From Catajapyx aquilonaris (taxonomy: Eukaryota), in NCBI GenBank assembly GCA_000934665.2, contig JYFJ02004086.1:1-34836 (forward strand): a stretch of DNA of 34,836 bases. The letters are read 5' to 3'. Positions 31,793 to 34,836 of this stretch are shown one piece after another. The notes beneath the pieces are model-generated. The model was not told the DNA's origin and ran no database searches. It saw only the letters and a program-made list of their open reading frames with translations. Position 1 is the first letter of the stretch. Each line of letters begins with the position of its first letter. A program made the translations under genes and the position numbers.

Positions 31793-34700
31793 GAGAAATA
31801 GACCCTAACTAGAATCTATACATATAGTGTCGGTGTATAATAGAGCCAATTTCAGATCTCGTTCTTAAGTGAGGGTCAGCCCTTTTTGTTGCCTCATCCT
31901 GTACATTGCTGGCTTTGACCCCGGGCAGCAGCGCAGGGCTCCGGCGTTGACTTGACCCCTGACGAGAGGAATATCAATGACAACCCCCTGGTATCCCCAG
32001 CGCCCTAATGAGGCAAGCGACCCTCTTGGCCGGAGGGCACACGTGCAGAAGAGGGGCAGTTAGGTTGATTGATTGGCACCTGAGTGGGCGCTTGGATGAG
32101 TATATGGCGGGAGGGCAAGCTTTGTGCTTTGCCCGTTTCCATTCATTGGTGGGAATCAACAGGTATCCAGGGGCATTTTTCCCCAGCTCCGTCTCCATTG
32201 GCAGGCACCACAAGTGGCTCTGCCAGCAGAGCTTTCCCACCTACCCGCCTTGTTTATAGGCAATAAAACAGTGGCCAGGCGCCTAAATGTGGCTATCGGC
32301 TTCCCAGATTAGATAGGAAGGCGGTTCGGGAAATGGTGGGGGGGAGGCGGGGGGATTTGCTCGGGATGCTTCCGAAGGGAACACTATTGCCTTGCTGGGG
32401 GAGAAGGGTTAAGTGATGCGCTCCAAATTGTACAACTTTTAATAATCGGGAGTGCAGTAGTAATAAGGATGCAGTTTTTAACTTCCGAAATGGAGAAGAG
32501 TTGGATGGAGGAATATAGGAACAATATGTTTGACTTAATGGGATAAGTGCAGTTGTCAGCAAAAGTATCCTTCCAGATCTGGACACTTGCGCAGCAAAGG
32601 CAACATGGAAGAACCGTTCATCCTCAACAACTTTTACGTTCCACCAGCTTTGGAGCTTCTCGGCATATTGTCGCATTATTAGGAGGCGGGAAAGAAAGGT
32701 GTTAGGTGTAGGAAGACTGGACTATGCTATTGTCAAAAGAACAAAAACGGGTTATATACCTGGTATACTTTTTCATATATCGCTCATAGTGTATACACAG
32801 GCCTATACCACAGAGTGAGGACTGCACTGTAAGTGAGTTCATGAAGATGAAGATTTTTTAAATTTATTATTATTATTATTTTCATTTTTAAACAATTATA
32901 ACACTGAGGGCTGATGATTGTACAGCAGCGCCAGGACAAATTTGCCGGAAACTTTTTCTTTCGTGACAGATAGTGAGGACCTGCATTATAACCATGCCAT
33001 GCCAAGACGCGTATGTTTGGATTTGTCATCCTCATATGATCATTGCTGAAATTGCAACCTATGGAGGCTACGAGGTTTTATTGCACAGCTCGATGTATTA
33101 TTAACCAATATCAATAAACTTGGTCAGAGTATTGATTTTGAATCCGTAAACAGCTGTATACCTGGCCCTGAATGTACTTTGAAAATGAAATTCACGCTGT
33201 CTATTGCAGACTACCGGAATACGTGTCAGGTAACTAGAGAACTACTAGAGAACTACGTAGTCAGAAAACAATATAATGGTCTCTTATTGAAACATAGTCG
33301 CACTATCGTTCTGCCAGCAAAGCTCATTTTCTTTCGCTTTCACTCTTTGTCAGAAGGCTTGGGCAGTATTTTTGAGATGCCTTGTGGAGTAAATAAGCAG
33401 AGTGAATGGCGACGTACAGCGAGGAAAGTGAAGATAGTTGCCCTGCGCCAAGTGGCGCAATTATGGTCCAGAATCTACGAGTAGGAAAGGTCCGGTTGTG
33501 GCGCAGGATTTGTAGTGAGCAATATTCCCAGTACATCAGAAGGGGGAATTTGCCTCATAAGGCCCTCCAATTATCCCCGAAGCAGGCGTGGGTGAAATAA
33601 AGGTTGCAACACTAAGGCGCACCGCTTATGCCCTGCAAAGTAGCCGGAAAAGTTGTTTAGCTGCAGACGGATAATGAAGCCGGCTCCAGGCTTTAATATT
33701 CAAGGGCTGGTGTGCTGGCGTCCGGAATGGCTCCACCCGGATATACAGCTCGATTATTTTGTGGACTCTTTAAAATTGCATCTGGAGGAAGCCAACCGGG
33801 GGATAGGCCTAAAAAAAAAAGTACGGGATCCGATAGTTCTTTCCGGATATTTGGTTGCCCCCCTCGGAGCAGTCGGAAGCTCCCAAATTTTATTTCCGGA
33901 ATGGAGTCGATTACGCGGTGCAGATTAATCCTGTAGCAAAAGGTGGCGTCAGAAAGTTTTGGGGGTGCCTCGATTCCCCAAACCGCGATGATTATGTAGG
34001 AAGAAAGCGCGGGAGTGAATTCTTGTAAGCTTGGCGCGAGCTGGGCTTTTGCAAAACTTGAACGGAAAAGAGGGAAGGGGGGGGGGGGGGGGGGAANAAT
34101 GGATTTTCTCTTGCGGTTGTATACCAGCTGCTTCTCCTAAGTACCCGCTGTTTACGTATTCTCTACGCAGCTTCATTATTCCTGCATCGTGTTGCCTCAC
34201 GTTTGCCCAGACCCGCTAACGCACCCCTGCAATATCCCTTTTCGAAGGGGGGAATTGAGGCCTTGCTACCAAAGCTCACCTTATCGCTTTTGGGGGAGAA
34301 AATGCATGATACACAAGACCAGGAGCGTTAACTTTTATTTCATATCTCATTGTTGGGGTTTAGGGAATCCCAAGTTGCGAACGAATTGTATACACAGAAA
34401 AATTGCATATAGGCTATGTACGAATGCGAGAATAGGATATAGCAGTACTTTCTTTGAAACTTGATTATGATTTGTATTTTAATCGCTGTAAAAATTAATT
34501 AAATATAGTACCATAATCATCTTCACATGACCAATAGAGAATTTACCAGGCTTTTTACTAGCCCTGGAATTGTATTTGTCTGAGTCTATAAATTATTAAG
34601 TTTTACGCATCACGATAATAGTCAGGTGACTCACCAAGGTGGTCAGTTGAGCACAGCCCCCGGACACTTACACTACATTCTGATCTTATCACCTGCCGGG

Positions 34701-34836
34701 GCGTTTTGCAGAAGGTGCTCACTTGAGAGCGCCATGAGACCTTTCATTTCCCAGGTAAGTGGCGACCCTACCGGACTAGGCTGAACTTTATAGGTACAAA
34801 AGGGAAGCGCTACATTGGTGGACCCAACATGGTCGC

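Noticed and set aside
5429..32920. Hammerhead ribozyme cores at CTGATGA/CTGACGA sites
   Set aside because: None that I inspected has a stem II followed by GAAA with matching stems I and III.
22448..34836. Otx/homeobox or further EHBP1 (NPF, CH, bMERB) coding exons
   Set aside because: I searched by eye for WFxNRRAK, SIWSPA and CH-domain motifs and found none; near matches at about 24490, 24698 and 34030 do not hold up.

Overview
Eukaryotic, intron-containing genomic DNA, probably from an arthropod (inferred from the EHBP1 N-terminus, the TE types and gene-body CpG depletion). Four spliced genes can be reconstructed by hand, in two head-to-head pairs. (1) 5' part of a purple acid phosphatase, ACP7 (minus strand, GC-AG intron between the first two coding exons, continues off the left edge). 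(2) Complete YAE1 (plus, 3 exons, about 147 aa). (3) Complete NAA80 actin N-acetyltransferase (minus, 4 coding exons, about 225 aa, polyproline loop). (4) First six coding exons of EHBP1 (plus, NT-C2 domain), then an intron of more than 12 kb running off the right edge. The YAE1-NAA80 interval and the introns are packed with non-autonomous elements: tRNA-derived SINEs (one family with a V-type core), hAT, Tc1/mariner, piggyBac, Kolobok-like and Harbinger-like MITEs, and several long foldback palindromes, often nested. The most notable structure not explained by these features is a sharp switch near 23.2 kb inside the EHBP1 intron from CpG-depleted to CpG-rich, TE-poor, motif-clustered DNA, which suggests a regulatory landscape for another gene (Otx is the known ancient neighbour of Ehbp1). 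I found no convincing new protein-coding system; most ORFs in the supplied track are spurious. All counts were made by eye and all family assignments are from memory, not database searches.
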